The position numbers and the translations under genes were made by a program. A stretch of DNA of 62,590 nucleotides, the filler included, from Chiloscyllium plagiosum (lineage: Eukaryota): NCBI RefSeq assembly GCF_004010195.1. It is 6 parts of one record of this genome, joined end to end, with 100 filler letters (N's around TTAATTAATTAA, not from the genome) between each part and the next. Parts side by side here need not be neighbours in the genome. Positions count along the whole stretch, not along the records: positions 18,704 to 25,506 come from NC_057716.1; positions 25,607 to 33,545 come from NC_057716.1; positions 33,646 to 44,198 come from NC_057716.1; 3 more parts are not named here. One strand, 5' to 3'. Below are positions 24,137 to 38,881 of this stretch, piece after piece (the first letter of the stretch is position 1; each line of letters begins with the position of its first letter). Below the pieces are notes generated by a model. The model was given only the letters and a program-made list of their open reading frames with translations. It did not search any database and was not told the DNA's origin.

Positions 24137-27100
24137 AGATGAATTAACGGCGCAAATCATCATGAATGATTATGATGTGGTAGACGTCACAGAGATGTGG
24201 TTGCAGGAGGGTTCAGGACTGGCAGTTAAACGTCCAAGGATTTACAACTTACAATCGAAAAGATAGGGAGGTGGGCAGAGGGGGCAAGGTTGCTTTGTTA
24301 GTTAAGAATGAAATTAAATCTATGGCAAAGAATGATATAGGATCAGAGGATGTGGAGTCTGTGTGGGTGGAGTTGAGGAGCCACAAAGGCAAAAAAATCT
24401 ATAATGGGAGTCATGTACAGTCCTCCTAGCAGTGGTCAGGATTAGGGGTGCAAGATTTACCGGGAAATAGGGCATGTTAGAAAGGCAAGGTCACGGTGAT
24501 CATGGGGGATTTCAGTGTGCTAGTAGATTGGGTAAATAATGTTGCCAGCAGATCCAAAGAAAGGGAATTCATGGAATGCTTACAGATGGCTTTTTGGAAC
24601 AGCTTGTGGTGGAGCCCACAAGGGAGCAAGCTTTTCTGGACTTAGTGCTATGTAATGACCAAGACTTTATAAAAGATGTTAAAGTAAGAGAACGCTTAGG
24701 AGGCAGCAATCATAATATGGTAGATTTCAGTCTGCAGTTTGAAAGAGAGAAGGCAAAATCGGATGTAATGGTATTGGCAGTTAAATAAAAGTAATTACAG
24801 GGGCTTGAGAGAGGAACTGACGAAAATCGACGGGAAGCAGAGCCTAGCGGGGAAGACAGTAGAGTAACAATGGCAGCAGTTTCTGGGTGTAATTGAGGAC
24901 ACAGTACAGAGGTTCATCCCAAAGGAAAAAAAAGATTATCTGGGGGATGGTGATTAGACCGCTATGGCTGACAAAGGAAGTTAGGAAATTATCATAGAAA
25001 GAGGCTATAAAGTGGACAAGAGCACTAGGAAATCAGAAGATAGGAAAGGCTACAAAAACAAACAGAGGATAACAAAGAGAGAAATAAGCAAGGAGAGGGT
25101 CAAATATGAAGGTAAGCTAAACAGTGATATTAGAAATGATAGTAAAAGTTTATTTCATTACAGAAGAAACAAACAAGAGGCAAAAGTAGAGATTGAGCTG
25201 CTCCAAATTGATGCTGGAAGGCTAGTGATGGGACATAAGGAAATAGCTGAAGAATTTAATAAATACTTTGTGTCAGTCTTCACAGTGGAAGACGTGAGTA
25301 ATATCCCAAAAATTAAGGAGAGTCAAGAGGCAGAGTTGAGCATGGTGGCCATTACAAAGGCAAAAGTACTTGATAAGCTAAATGGTCTAAAAACTGGGCT
25401 ACATCCCAGAGTTCTGAGGGAGGTGGCTGAAGAAATAGCAGAGGCATTGGTTGTAATCTTTCAAAAATCACTGGGTTCAGGGAAAGTCGCTGATGCTTGG
25501 AAAATCNNNNNNNNNNNNNNNNNNNNNNNNNNNNNNNNNNNNNNNNNNNNTTAATTAATTAANNNNNNNNNNNNNNNNNNNNNNNNNNNNNNNNNNNNNN
25601 NNNNNNCCCTCCAACGCTCTGTCTGAACCTTGTTTCCTCAACCTTATGTAAGCCTCCTTCTTCCTCTTTACAAGACATTCAACCTCCCTCGTCAACCAAG
25701 TTTCCCTCACCTGACCATCTCTTTCCTGCCTGACAGGTACATACATATCAAGGACACGTCGTATCTGTTCCTTGAAAAAGTTCCACATTTCCATGACATC
25801 CTTCTCTGACAGCCTATGCTCTCGGTTGCTGGCAAAATTCTAAAATCCATCGTTAAGGGTGAGATTTCTGAGTTCTTGGAAGTGTAGGGTTGGATTAGAA
25901 CAAATCGCATGAATTTAGTAAGGGGAGGTTGTGTCTGACAAACCTTTTAAATTCTTTGAGGAGGTAACAATTAGATTGGACCAGGGAAACTCAATGGATG
26001 TTATCTATCTGGACTTCCAAAAGGCCTTTGATAAAGTGCTTCACAGGAGGCTGCTGACTAAGGTAAGGGCCATGGTGTTTGAGGTGAGCTACTGGCATGG
26101 ATTGAGGATTGGCTGTCTGACAGAAGGCAGAGAGTTGGGATAAAGGGTTCTCTTTCGGAATGGCAGCCAGTGACAAGTGTTGTCCCACAGGGTTCAGTGT
26201 TGGGGCCACAGCTGTTCACTATATATATAAATGATCTGGATGAAGGGTCTGCGGGCATTCTAGTGGAGTTTGCCGATGATAAGAAGTTAGGTGGATAGGC
26301 AGGTAGTACTGAGGAGATGGGAAGGCTGCAGAAAGATTTAGACAGATTAGGAGTGGTCCAGGAAATGGCTGATGAAATTCAACGTGAGCAAATGCGAGGT
26401 CTTGCACTTTGAAAAAAATAATACAGGCATGGACGATTTTCTAAACGGTGAGAAAATTCATAAAGCCAAAGTACAAAGGGATCTGGGAGTGCTATTCCAG
26501 GATTCTCTAAAAGTTAACTTGCAAGTGGAGTCCATGGTTAAAAAAGCGAATGTAATGTTGTCATCTATCTCAAGAGGGTTGAAATGTAAAAGCAGCAATG
26601 TGCTTCTGAGACTTCATAAAGCTCCAGTTAGGCCCCATTTAGAATGCTGTGTCCAAATTTGGGACCCACACCTCAGAAAGGACATCCTAGCACTGGAGCA
26701 TGTCCAGCAGAGATTCGCACGAATGATCCCTGAAATGGTAGGCCTAACATATGATGAATGGCTGAGGATCCTGGGATTGTATTTGTTAGAGTTTGAAGGT
26801 TGAGGGGAGATCGAATAGAAACTTGCAAAGTAATGCATGGCTTCGAAAGGGTGGACGCTGGAAATTTGTTTCCATTTGGCGGGGAGACTATGGCCCGTGG
26901 ACACAGCCTTAGAATTAGAGAGGGTCAATTTAGAACAGAAATGAAGAGACATTTCTTCAGCCTGAGAGTGGTGAGCCTGTAGAATTCATTGCCATGGAGC
27001 GCAGTGGAGGCCGGGGCGTTAAATGTCTTCAAGGCAGAGATCGTTAAATTCTTGATCTTGCAAGGAATTAAGGGCTGTTGAGAAAGTGCGGGTGAATGGA

Positions 27101-27190
27101 GTTGAAATACCCATCAGCCATGATTAAATGGCAGAGTGGACTCGATGGACAAAATGGCCTTCCTTTCACTCCTACCTTTTATGGTCTTAC
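24137..27190 (+). mobile_element. Long CR1 LINE ORF2 remnant (APE endonuclease to RT to 3' end) spanning a linker gap; short antisense CR1 piece at 25607-25820
   Basis: [66 protein letters not shown], with many stops and frameshifts. Confidence 0.9.
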
Positions 27191-27204
27191 GGTATGCTTT
27201 TCTC

Positions 27205-28372
27205 CATCAGACAGGGTATTGAGTACAAGAGTTGGCAGGTCATGTTACAGTAGTATAGGACTTTGGTTCGGCCACATTTGGAATGCTGCATACAGTTCTG
27301 GTCATCAAATTACCAGAAAGATATTGATGCTTTGGAGAGAGTGCAGAGTAGGTTCACCAGGATGTTGCCTGGTATGGAGGGTGCCAGCTATGAAGAGGTT
27401 GAGTGGATTAGGATTATTTTCATTAAAAAGATAAAGGTTGAGGGGGGACCTGATTGAGGTCTGAAAAATCATAGGAGGTATCAACAGGGTGGATAGCAAG
27501 ATGCTTTTTCCCAGAGTGGGGGACTCAATTACGAGGGATCACGAGTTCAAGGTGAGAGGGAAAAGTTTAAGGGAGATATGCATGGAAAGTTCTTTATGCA
27601 GAGGGTGGTAGGTGCCTGGAATGTGCTGCTGGTAGAGGTGGGCATGATAGCGTCATTTAAGTCATAGAATCATAGAGATGTACAGCATGGAAACTGACCC
27701 TTCTGTCCAACCCATCCATGCCAACCAGATATCCCAACCCCATCTAGTCCTACCTGCCAGCGCCCGGCCCATATCCCTTCCTATTCATATACTTAAATGT
27801 TGCAATTGTACCAGCCTCCACAACATCCTCTGGCAGCTTATTCCATACACGTACCAATCTCTGCGTGAAAAAGTTTCCCCTTAGGTCTCTCTTATACCTT
27901 TCCCCTCTCACCCTAAACCTATGCCCTCTAGTTCTGGACTCCCCGATCCCAGGGAAAAGACTTTGTCTATTTATCCTATCCATGCCGCTCACAATTTTGT
28001 AGATCTCTATAAGGTCACCCCTCAGCCTCCGAACCTCCAGGGAAAACATCCCCAGCCTGTTCAGGCTCTCCCTGTAGCTCAGATCCTCCAACCCGGCAAC
28101 ATCCTTGTAAATCTTTTCCAAACCCTTTCAAGTTTCACAACATCTTTCCGATAGGAAGGAGACCAGAATTGCATGCAATATTCCAACAGTGGACTAAGCA
28201 ATGTCCTGTACAGCTGCAACATTAAGATGTATCTAGTCAGATACATGAATGGGCAGGGAGCAGAGTTATACAGCTCCTTGTAAAATAGGTGACGGTTTAG
28301 ATAGAGGATCTGGATCGATGCAGGCTTGGAGGGCTGAAGGGCCTGTTCCTGTGTTGTAATTTTCTTTGTTCT
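27205..28372 (+). mobile_element. CR1 3' fragment with nested antisense CR1 3' fragment (27661-28221)
   Basis: VRPHLECCIQFWS on +; [13 protein letters not shown]...NFFTQRLVRVWNKLPE on -. Confidence 0.88.
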
Positions 28373-29492
28373 ACAATATCAGTTACAATGTAACACTGTT
28401 AGCAGCACACGGTGCCATCTTAGATACAGAGTACCTAAGTACCATTCTTAATTACAGAAGAGAGAAATGATGGAAAAAAAGTTACATTACAACTATACAC
28501 AGTATAACCATAGGTCAGAAATGCAAGAAGCAAAGTTAAAAAGACAAACATCACAGTCTGTCTCCAAGGATTCTCTGCAGCAGACCAGCGCAGAGAGCCT
28601 TCATGTGATCTGACCGCTGGCTGTTGTCACACTCTGCACCGGGCCACTGCCACCATGCTCTGCATTGCTGACACCCTGGCTAGTGGTCATGGATTTAGAA
28701 GGTGCTACCTAAGGGTTGCTGACAAATTTAAGATTAGATTAGAGAGGAGAAGCTGGCATTGTTCTCCTTTGGAGTAAAGCAAGTTGAGGGGATCTGATAA
28801 AAGGGTACATGTTTGTCAGAGTTTGATAAGGTAAACAAAGATAAACTGTTCCCACTAGTTAATGGGACTAGAGGCACATGGGTTTAAGGTTTTAGGCAAT
28901 ACATTCAAAATGTAAGGGAAAACCTTTCATAAAAAGTTAATAACTATGAACTCATTGCAAATCAGATGGTGGACTGATAATTTGAAAAGGAGATTGGACA
29001 GGTACCAAGAGAAATAAATTTCCAGGACACTGGGGATACAACAATGGGATTGACTGGATTGCTCTGCAAAACGTTGGCATGGACTCAATGGGCCAAGTAA
29101 TCACCACCTATGCCATTATGACTGTCTGACTTGGGCAGGTTGATCTCATTTTTGTAGGGACAAAAAAATCTATTGCCTTTTAAGACCAGGAGATTTTGTT
29201 GAGTTTTGACTGTTGCCAAGTGGGTTTCTTAAATATTTATGTCACTTTTGGTCATTCCTCTCACAGGAACACTGCTGTGAAAGAAAACTTTATCAAGCAG
29301 CCCTATAAAGCAGCTAAAAAACCTAACCTTAAGTAATATATACACAATTTATAATCAGTGAATTTTTCTTGAAGTGTAGTCACATTCTACTATAGGAAAT
29401 GTCACCGCTAGTTTGTGAACTGCAAACTCATCAATGTGTTAATGATCAGATCATGTGAATTTTGTTCTGTAATGTTGATTAAATGATCCACA

Positions 29493-29705
29493 TTGAAAAA
29501 TGTGGTGCTGGAAAAACACGGCAGGCCAGGCAGCATCCGAGGAGCAGGAGAATTGACGTTTCGAGCATAAGCCCTTCTTCAGGAAAGATTTCTTAAGGGC
29601 TTATGCCCGATTCTCCTGCTCCTCGGATGCTGCCTGGCCTGCTGTGTTTTTCCAGCACCACATTTTTCAACTCTGGTACTCCAGCATCTGCAGTCCTCAC
29701 TTTCT
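29493..29705. mobile_element. Palindromic MITE-like PLE terminal-repeat element with hammerhead motif (29555-29582, minus), inside an old Deu-domain-like SINE
   Basis: Arms ttgaaaaatgtggtgctggaaaaacac and gtgtttttccagcaccacatttttcaa are inverted; minus strand CUGAAGA-A-GGGC-UUAU-GCUC-GAA-ACGU-C. Confidence 0.8.
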
Positions 29706-30707
29706 ATCAATATTGCCAGGATACCCAGGATAACTCCCCCTGCTTTTGTTCACGTTAGTATTGTAAGGTTGATATCCATCTCTAAGAGGACAGAAGCAGT
29801 ATCTGCTGAACATTTCTTCTGAAAGACATCGCATTTGTCAGTAGAGTACTCTTTTAGAACAGCGCAGTGGGACCTGAATCTTCTGACTCTGAAGTGAAAA
29901 TGTAACTAAAGTAGACATAACTGTTGCATAAAGTTACTAATGTTTGTAACCCAACTCTGTCCTTCTTCATAGATCTGACTGTCCTTCTGAATATTTCCAG
30001 CATTTTCTATTTTTACTTATGATTTCCAGCTGCTTTGTTTGTATTACTTACATTGTTACTGGTAAACTCTCCATAACAGGTACGTGCTGTGATCATGTCA
30101 GTCTGGTAGGACTACTTGTGAACAAGCTGAGTCCAATCAATATGGGGTGAAACCATGTGTTGGTTGTACATTACAGCTTTCTATGAAAAGTATTCACATG
30201 CCCTTACATTAAGCACTGTTATGCTGTTTTGTGTGAGACACTTTTAGTTGAAAGATTAGTGAACAAAGTGCTGTTGAGTTACTGAACAAGGTGCATTCGT
30301 AGTGTAGCTTATTTGCTCAGTATTCTCCTATGATAAACTATAATTTCTGAAAGATGGATTGAGTAGAACAATTGCTGTATCCATGGGAAGTTTTACAGTT
30401 CTTGCTCTAAACCTGCCTGTGCAATTTTTACCAACATTCATTGAATTGAAATTGATCCTAATTAGCGGTGTTATTTATACACCTCCTGAAGAGATTTTCC
30501 AATGCTTTAGATACCCTAACTGCTAATAATAAAGGAGTGTTTAGAAATTTAATGCCAACTGTGTAGTTAATCTATAAAATTATTACATAAACTGTTTGCA
30601 TAATCTGAAAATGCTTGATAAGCAAATTAAAGTTGTACTTTTAAATGTGTGCTTCTCACTGAATCCACATATAATTCAATTTTGTGTTGTTCTTGATTTT
30701 ATTTTAG

Positions 30708-30793
30708 CAATACATAGCAAGTGAAGATGACGATGATCCTGAGGTGGAATTTTTGAAATCGCTTTCTACAAAACAAAAACAGAAGCTTTTGAG
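30708..30793 (+). CDS. CIR1: CIR1 penultimate coding exon ([28 protein letters not shown])
   Basis: tttAG acceptor and GTatgc donor; 86 bp (28 codons + AG). The AG joins the first G of the last exon to give AGG (Arg). Confidence 0.95.
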
Positions 30794-31429
30794 GTATGCT
30801 CTTAATTAGGTTTTGTGCGTTTGTTGATGATAAATCCATTTTTTAGAGAAGCTTTCTCTTGCAAATGCCATAAAATTCTCAAAACAAACTGAACAATTTT
30901 GTATTCATTAGCTTAGTTACAACCAATAAAAATTTCACTGAAACTGGTTGATTTTACAGTTTTGTCAGTGTTGACTTACTATTGTTTAAAATCAGTAACA
31001 TCACAATAACTTGCAGCTTCACCTTTGTGAAATATAGTGTGATCTTCTTATGGTGGGCAGGTTTATATAAGTCTAACTTAAGATAGGAAAATATATATCT
31101 CCTACTTTTCCATCTTATGCAACTACAGTTTCAATGCTACAATGTTTTTGTTTCTATTCTGCTTGGCAAATTATTCCAGACATTCCAGATTTTCTTCCAC
31201 TAATTTAAAGTTTTTCCTTCTGAAATTGTCATTTGTCTTGCACTGTACTTAGTATTTATTGTGAGTAAATTTTGAAACTCAAATTTGGTTTTGTTATGCA
31301 TGACAAACTGAGTGAAGCGTAATCTTATTTGATGAAAAACTTATATTAGAAGCATTGATTTGAAATGTTGCATAGCTAGAATTTTCAGTATATTCAGGAA
31401 TATAAAAATAGATTTTACAAGTATATGAA

Positions 31430-34400
31430 AACAAAATTAACTACTAAAGCAAACATATGTCTGTGCAGAGACAGGAGAAATTATCACAGGGAATTAAGAA
31501 GTGGCAGAGACATTGAACAAATATTATGTTTGTCTTCACAGTAGAAGACACAAGTTCTGTACCAGAAATAGAGACTAACCTAGGAGCTAAAAAGGTGGTA
31601 ATTAAGGCAATGAGTATTAACACTGAAAAAATCCAAGGGACCGAAGCATGACAGATCCCCAGGACTTAATGGCCTAGATCCTACGGTGCTGAAAGAGGTG
31701 CAGAGGTAATGGATATACTGGCTGTAATTTTCTGACGTTCTCTAGATTCTGGACTGGTACCAGTAGTCTAGAAGTTACAAGTGTAACACTGCATTTCAAG
31801 AAAGGTGAGAGAAAAATCAGTGAACGAGAGACCAGTTAATCTGACATAGTCATCAAAGAAGTGTTGGCGTCTATTATTGAAATATTCTTAACAATGCAGT
31901 TCGAAAAGCATAGTGGTCAGGTTTATATTGGAGTTTTTTTGAGGATATAACTAATAAGGAAGATTGGGACTAGATTGGGTTGGGATATCTGGTCGGCATG
32001 GACGGGTTGGACTGAAGGGTCTGTTTCCATGCTGTACATCTCTATGACTCTATAAAGAGGAACAAGTAGATGTAACGTACCTGGGTTTCAAAAAGTGTTC
32101 AGCCTGCTGCTGCACAGACGGTTAATACAAAAAATAAGGGTTCATGAAGTTTCAAGTAATATATTAGCATGGATAGAGAATTAGTTAATAGACAGGAAGC
32201 AAAGATTATGGATAAATGACGTATGTTGAGGTAGGCAGCCTCAAAGGATCAGTATCACAGGGATCATTTCAGGGGCTTGAAATGTTAATGACCTCTATAT
32301 TAATGACACAGACAAAGAGATGGAGCTTAAGCTTGCAGACTGTACAAAGCTTGGTGGGAATGCGAGTTTGAGGATCACTCATAGATATTAAAGAAATATA
32401 AATAGGTTAAATAAGTGTGCAGCAAAAGGCCAGATGGAGTTTAATATAATGTGAGGTTCTCCACTTCGGTCGTAAGAATAGAAAAGCTGATTGTTTTTAT
32501 TTATAAAATAAGAATTCTTGCTACAAATGTACGGGGCATTGTTAGAACCGCCACATAGAACATTACAGTGCAGTATAGGCCCTTCAGCCTTCAATGGTTT
32601 CACAGGTCGGCGAAACAATCTAAAGCCCAACTAACCTACACTATTCCATTATCATCCATACGTTTATCCAATGACCATTTAAATGCTCTTAAAGTTGGTG
32701 CCTCCACTATTTTTGCAGGCAGGACATTACAATCCCTTAGTACTCTCCTGAGTAAAGAACCTACCTCTGACGTCTGTCCTATATGTATCAACCCTCAATT
32801 TAAAGCAATGTCCCCTCGTGCTAGCCAGCACCATCAGAGGAAAAAAACTCTCACTATCCACCCTATCTAATCCTCTGATCACCTTGTATCCCTCTATTAA
32901 GTAACATCTTAATCATTTTCTCTCTCAAAGCAGCCTCAAGTCCCCCAGCCTTTCCTCATAAGATGTTCCCTCCATACCAGGCAACATCCTGGTAAATCTC
33001 CTCTGTACCCTTTCCAATGCTTCCGCATCCTTCCTATAATGCAGCGACCAGAACTGTATGCAATCCTCCCAAGTGCGGCCGCACCAGAGTTTTATACAGC
33101 TGTGATATGACCTCATGGCTCTGAAACTCAATAGCTCTACCAATAAAAGCTAACACTTCTTATGCCTTCTTAACCACACTGTCAACCTGGGTGGCAACTT
33201 TCAGGGCTATGTGCACAAGGACACTGCGATCTCTCTGCTCATTCACTCTACCAAGAATTTACCATTAGCCCAGTACTCTGTGCTCCTGTTACTCCTTCCA
33301 AAGAGAATCACCTCACACTTTTCCACATTAAACTCCATTTGTCACCTCTCAGCCAGCTTTGCAGCTTATCTATGTCCCTCTGTAACCTGTAACATAGAGT
33401 CATAGAAATGTACAGCATGGAAACAGACCCTTTGGTCCAACCCATCCATGCTGACCAGATATCCAACCCAATCTAGTTCCACCTGCCAGCACCCGGTCCA
33501 TATCCCTCCAAACCCTTCCTATTCATATACCCATCCAAATGCCTCNNNNNNNNNNNNNNNNNNNNNNNNNNNNNNNNNNNNNNNNNNNNTTAATTAATTA
33601 ANNNNNNNNNNNNNNNNNNNNNNNNNNNNNNNNNNNNNNNNNNNNGGCACCTTACCTGTGACTATCGATGATACATATATCTCAGGAAGAGTCCCAGCAA
33701 TCACTTTCTTGCCTCTACACAGCGTCCGAGGGGTACATCTATAAGGTCCTGGGGATTTATCCACCTTTAACCATTTCAAGACATCCAGCACTTCCTCCTC
33801 TGTAATCTGGACATTTTGTCCTTCTATACTGTCCACAACTCCTCCAACTTTAGTTTCATCCACAAATTTACAAACCCATCCTTCTATTCCCTCATCCAGG
33901 TCATTTGTAAAAATGACAAACAGCAGTGACTCCAAAACAGATCCTTGTGATACACCAATAGTAACTGAACTCCAGGATAATCATTTTCCATTAACTGCCA
34001 CCCTATGTCTTCTTACAGGTAGCCAATTTCTGATCCAAACCACTAAATCACCCTCAATCCCATGCGTTCGTATTTTGTGCAATAGCCTACCGTGAGGAAC
34101 CTTATCAAACACTTTTCTGAAATCCACGTACACCGCATCAACTGCTTTAACCTCATCCACCTGTTTGGTCACCTTCTCAAAGAACTCAATAAAGTTTGAG
34201 AGGCGTGACCTACCATTCACAAAACAGTGTTGACTATCCATAATCAAATTATTCCTTTCTAGATGATTATAAATCCTATCTTTTATAATCCTTTCCAAAA
34301 CTTTGCCCACAACAGAAATAAGGCTCACTAGTCTATAATTACCAGGGTTGTTTCTACAATCCTTCTTGAACAAGGGGACAATATTTACTATCCTTCAGTG

Positions 34401-35480
34401 TTCTGGCGCTATTCCTGTAGACATAAGTGACAACATAAAGATCAAAGCCAAAGGCTCTGCAGTCTCCTCCCTGGCTTCCCAGAGTATCCTAAGATAAATC
34501 CCATTCGGTCCAGGGATTTATCTATTTTCATACTTTCCAGAATTGTAAATGCCTCCTCCTTAATAACCTCAATCTTATCAATAATACCCCGTATCTCCGT
34601 ATTCTCCTCGACAACAGCATCTTTTTCCTGTGTGAATACTGATGAAAAATATTCATTTAGCGCCTCTCCTATGTCTTCAGACTCCACGGACAACTTCCCA
34701 TTACTGTCCTTGTCTGGCCTAATCTTGCCCTAGTCATTCTTTTATTCCTGACAAACCTGTAGAAAATTCAGCTTTTTACTTGATCCCACTCTGCCAAAGA
34801 CTTCTCATGTCCCCTCATGGCTCTTTTAGCTCTCTCTTTAGGTCCTTCCTGGCTAACTTGTAACTGTCAAGTGCTCTAACTGAGCCTTCACATCTCATCT
34901 TTACTTAAACTACCTCCTTCCTTTTGACAAGAGATTCATAAATTGTCTGTATTTTCTGGAGTTTAGAAAAATGAGAGGTGATTTTATTGAAACACAAAAT
35001 TCTGACATGTTGAAACTGAGACGTTGGAGAATTGAACACAGAGGTACAGTCTATGGCAAAGCAATGATCATTTAGCGCTCAGCTGAGAGGTTTTCTGTAG
35101 AGTTTTGTGAGTTTTGGAGCTTTCTGCTGTAGATGTTATGTAGGTAAAAACAAAGACTGCAGATGCTGGAAACCAGAGTCTAGATTAGCGTGGTGCTGGA
35201 AAAGCACAGCAGGTCAGGCAGCATCCGAGGAGCAGGAAAATCGACGTTTCAGGCAAAAGCCCTTCGTCAGGAATAGAGGCAGGGTGCCTGCAGACGTGGA
35301 TGTTATGTATACAATTCAGGCTGAAATAGACAATTTTGGTCTTTCAAAATCAAGGGATATAGGGAGTGGCCAAAAAAGTGGAGTAGTTGAAGCTGAAGAT
35401 CAGCCATCATCACATTTAAATAGTGAAGCAAGTTCTACAGGCTTATATGCCTGTCCTTTTTTCTTATGTTCTTCTGATCC
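31430..35480. mobile_element. Cluster of nested CR1 fragments (old + strand copy with younger minus-strand copies at about 32553-33545 and 33646-34940)
   Basis: NPGNYRLVSLISVVGKVLE, YVDFRKVFDKVPHGRL and [14 protein letters not shown] on the minus strand. Confidence 0.85.
35143..35298 (-). mobile_element. Short PLE terminal-repeat insertion with hammerhead motif (35243-35270)
   Basis: Direct repeat gatgttatgta at 35132-35142 and 35299-35309; minus strand CUGACGA-A-GGGC-UUUU-GCCU-GAA-ACGU-C. Confidence 0.8.
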
Positions 35481-38209
35481 AACAAGAGAAACTGGGAGAA
35501 TGGAGCAAAATCCTTCCTGGGATAGCATGCAAGAAATTTTAGAAAATATTGGTGGATGTGAGTGAGCTTATAGATATTGATCATCTATCCCCTCAAACGG
35601 GAACAAAGAAGTTGAGGAAGAGTTGGGGTGGACCATATGAAGTTGAAGGAACAATAAAAGTTGATGCAAAGTTAATGTTATTTTCCAGTTTAGGGCAAGA
35701 AATTGAAATAGCTTTTTAATACAACAATAGATGTTCTGGAAAAGGAGCTGCAAGTTGCGACACAATTGCAAGAGAACTGTTCACTGCTCTATATATCTCA
35801 GAAAAAGCCAGGCAGAGCTGGGACTTGTACTTGTTGCCATAGAAATATTTTTTATTTGGAGGAAATGAGTGAAGCCAAAGGAGAAGGTATGCAATATGAG
35901 AACAAATTCAGCTTACAGTAGCATTTTAGATATATCCAGATCTGTTATGATCTTATTTAATAACAGCACAGGCTCGTATCTAAAAGACCTATTCTTGTTA
36001 TTAGTCCAGTAACACCAGAATCTGGAAGCTTGGAGAGATCTAAGTTTAAATCTATGGAAGCTGGAAAATTTAAATTTTTAATGAATTAAATATGCAAAGA
36101 AAAACTTGTATCAGTAATCAAGACCAGAATTACCCAAGTTGTTTTAAAAATATAATGAGATAATATCTTTTAGGGAAGGCACAGTATCTTGTCTGGTCTC
36201 TATGTGACTCCGGACATATGCAATATGTGTTGGCTGTTAACTTCTCTTGAAATGACCCAACAAACCACTTGGTTGTTAGCACCGTGTTTTTAAGGCATTG
36301 CACCAAAGCTTCCGTGAAATATGATCACCAAATTTTACTAAACTGCTGTCTCTGAACTTTGGAATAGGTTAGATGTTGAGGGGTGTGTGCCAAGTTGGAC
36401 AGCACATCTAAAGTCAAGAGAGTGTGGTTAGGTTATTAAAATGCAGGATAGGATTTTAAGGCTTGGATTTAACTTTTAATGCTGCTTGGTATCTGGATAG
36501 CTGGAATGAAAGATGGTGAATGACCTATCATCAATTCCGTTTACCAGTGTAAATATAAGCAGTCAGTAATTCAACTATATCTTTAAGAAGTGGAAGAGTC
36601 TTCTGGTGCGTGGGGTGAAGTGACTGACCTTCTTTGACACTGAATTCCTGGGACTGAGGCGCTTGGTGCCATTGCAGCACTCCTCTTTCCAGATAGCATT
36701 TATCACATTCCTAGCAAACCAAAGTTTGAGACTTGCAATGAATTATTTTGAGAGCCAAGTGAATGAACCCAAACTGTGTTGGTTATGCCTTTTTTTTTGT
36801 CCACAGACTGTAGTATTGTACAGGTTGAAATGTATTTTTAACCCTGCTGTCCATTTCCATCTGTTTCTTAAAGGTTTTAAGGCAATGTCTATTCCTACTT
36901 CATGACCTAGGAAACCCTTTGTGGACCACTTCTCTAGGCTAACAATGGATATAAATTTTTGTTCCATTGCAGTAATAGCATGTTAGAAACTCATGGTCAA
37001 GTGCAAACAAATAGTCAAAGAGCCTAATATTGGCCTTTATCTTAGGAAGGCTCAAATACAAAGGAGTGATAAAGTGTACGCACTTGTACAGTGCTCTGAT
37101 ATTAGACCCATCTTGTATTAATTTGATTCTGAGCACTGCATCTCAGGAAGGCCTTGGAGTGTACAGCAAAAATTCATTATTAGCTTAACTATGTGCACAG
37201 GTTGCATAGACTGCATGTTAAGGCTAAGGGTTAATGCAAATGAGTTGTTAAGATGTTTTAAGGTATGTAATGAGAAAATAATTTCTGTTGAGAAAGTCTA
37301 CAGCATGGATGCATATCTTTATCAATGAACAGCCCAACTCTAATTTTAATGTTGAGAAACGTATCTTCAAGGAAAATATAATAAATAAATGGTTGTTCAT
37401 GATCCATTCAAGTTCCCTCCAGTCTTTCCTTGCCTAAATCCACCAATGTAATCATTTATAATCCCACTTCCCTGTGTTTGCTTTTAATAGTTTCACCTTA
37501 AATGTGCTAGTATTATGATATTTTATACAGATATTGATAGGTGTTTGTTATGTAAGAGGATGCAGCACCCAGACAAGTGAATGAAGAGGGAGATCAGCCA
37601 AGATCTGATTAAATAATATAGAATCCTGTAAAGTGCTCAATGTCCTGCCCTGTTTTTATGTTCCATCTCCTATTAGTGGCAATTTCTACATTTTGTTTGC
37701 TTAGGATCACTCTGGCATCCAGGAACAACCATATCCTGCAATCACAAAACATTACCTTTTCTGCCATATTTTTGTCAATTTATTATTTTTAGATCAAACT
37801 CTACAATTCCAATAAGTGTTATTACTCCTAGTAAACTTTCTGAATAAATCTTAAAATTACAAATAAAGTACCTATGTTATGAGGCAAATTATTCATCTAC
37901 CAATCAGTTAATTGATCACCTATGGTTCTGCTTGCTTTTTCCTTTCCAAACAAAGTTGATCCACAGAACCAAGTTCTGATGGAGTGACATTGCACTCAAA
38001 GAAACTATTCCTGTCTCTGCAATTGCTGCCAGAGTTGCTGAGATTCTTTAGCACTTTATGTTTTTAATTCAATTAATAGAAGTCTAGTTTCCATGATGGC
38101 GGCCATGAAACTATCATTCTGTAATGTAAACAAAACTGGTTTGCTAATTCTCTGAGAAAAGAAACCTGTTATCCTGACCTGATTTGACCTACAGCATACT
38201 CTCATCAAC

Positions 38210-38514
38210 ATGATTAGATTCCCTAGAGTGTGGAAACAGGGCCAATAAGTCCACACCAACCCTCCAAAGAGTAACCCACCCAGACTCATTCCCCTAACTA
38301 GTGCACCTATCTCTATGGGCAGCTTAGTATGGCCAATTCATCTGACTGGCACATCTTTGGATTGTGGGAGTAAACCGGAGCACCCGGAGGAAACCCATGC
38401 TGACACAGGGAGAATGTGCAAACTCCACACAGATGGTCGCCCGAGGCGGGAATCGAACCTGGGTCCCTGGCGCTGTGAGGCAGCAGTGCTAACCACTGAG
38501 CCACGATGCCACCC
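38210..38514 (-). mobile_element. HE1-type SINE
   Basis: Reverse complement of the consensus seen at 5117-5432. Confidence 0.9.
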
Positions 38515-38881
38515 CAGTGACTCTTAATTATCATCTAAAATGGCCCAGCAAGCTACTCAGTCCAAGGTCAATTGGAGATTGGAAACCAATGCTGACCTTG
38601 CCAATGATGCCCACATTCCATCAGAGTTTAAATAATATGTAGTTTCTTTATATTTTGAAATGTAGAATTTTGATTAGGAGGATAATTTTGTGTCGTATGA
38701 AATTGCCTGATGGCAAGAATGTGCTTAAGTCTCTCTTTGGATACATTGTATAGTTTGGTTATCTTTTTTGATTTCTTAGTGTATCCAAAAATAAGATGCT
38801 TTTGAGAAAACTTCTTCAAATTATAATTTTTCATGGGTGATTTTGAAAAGAATGTGCTAATCTAAAATCTCTTTTGCAAAG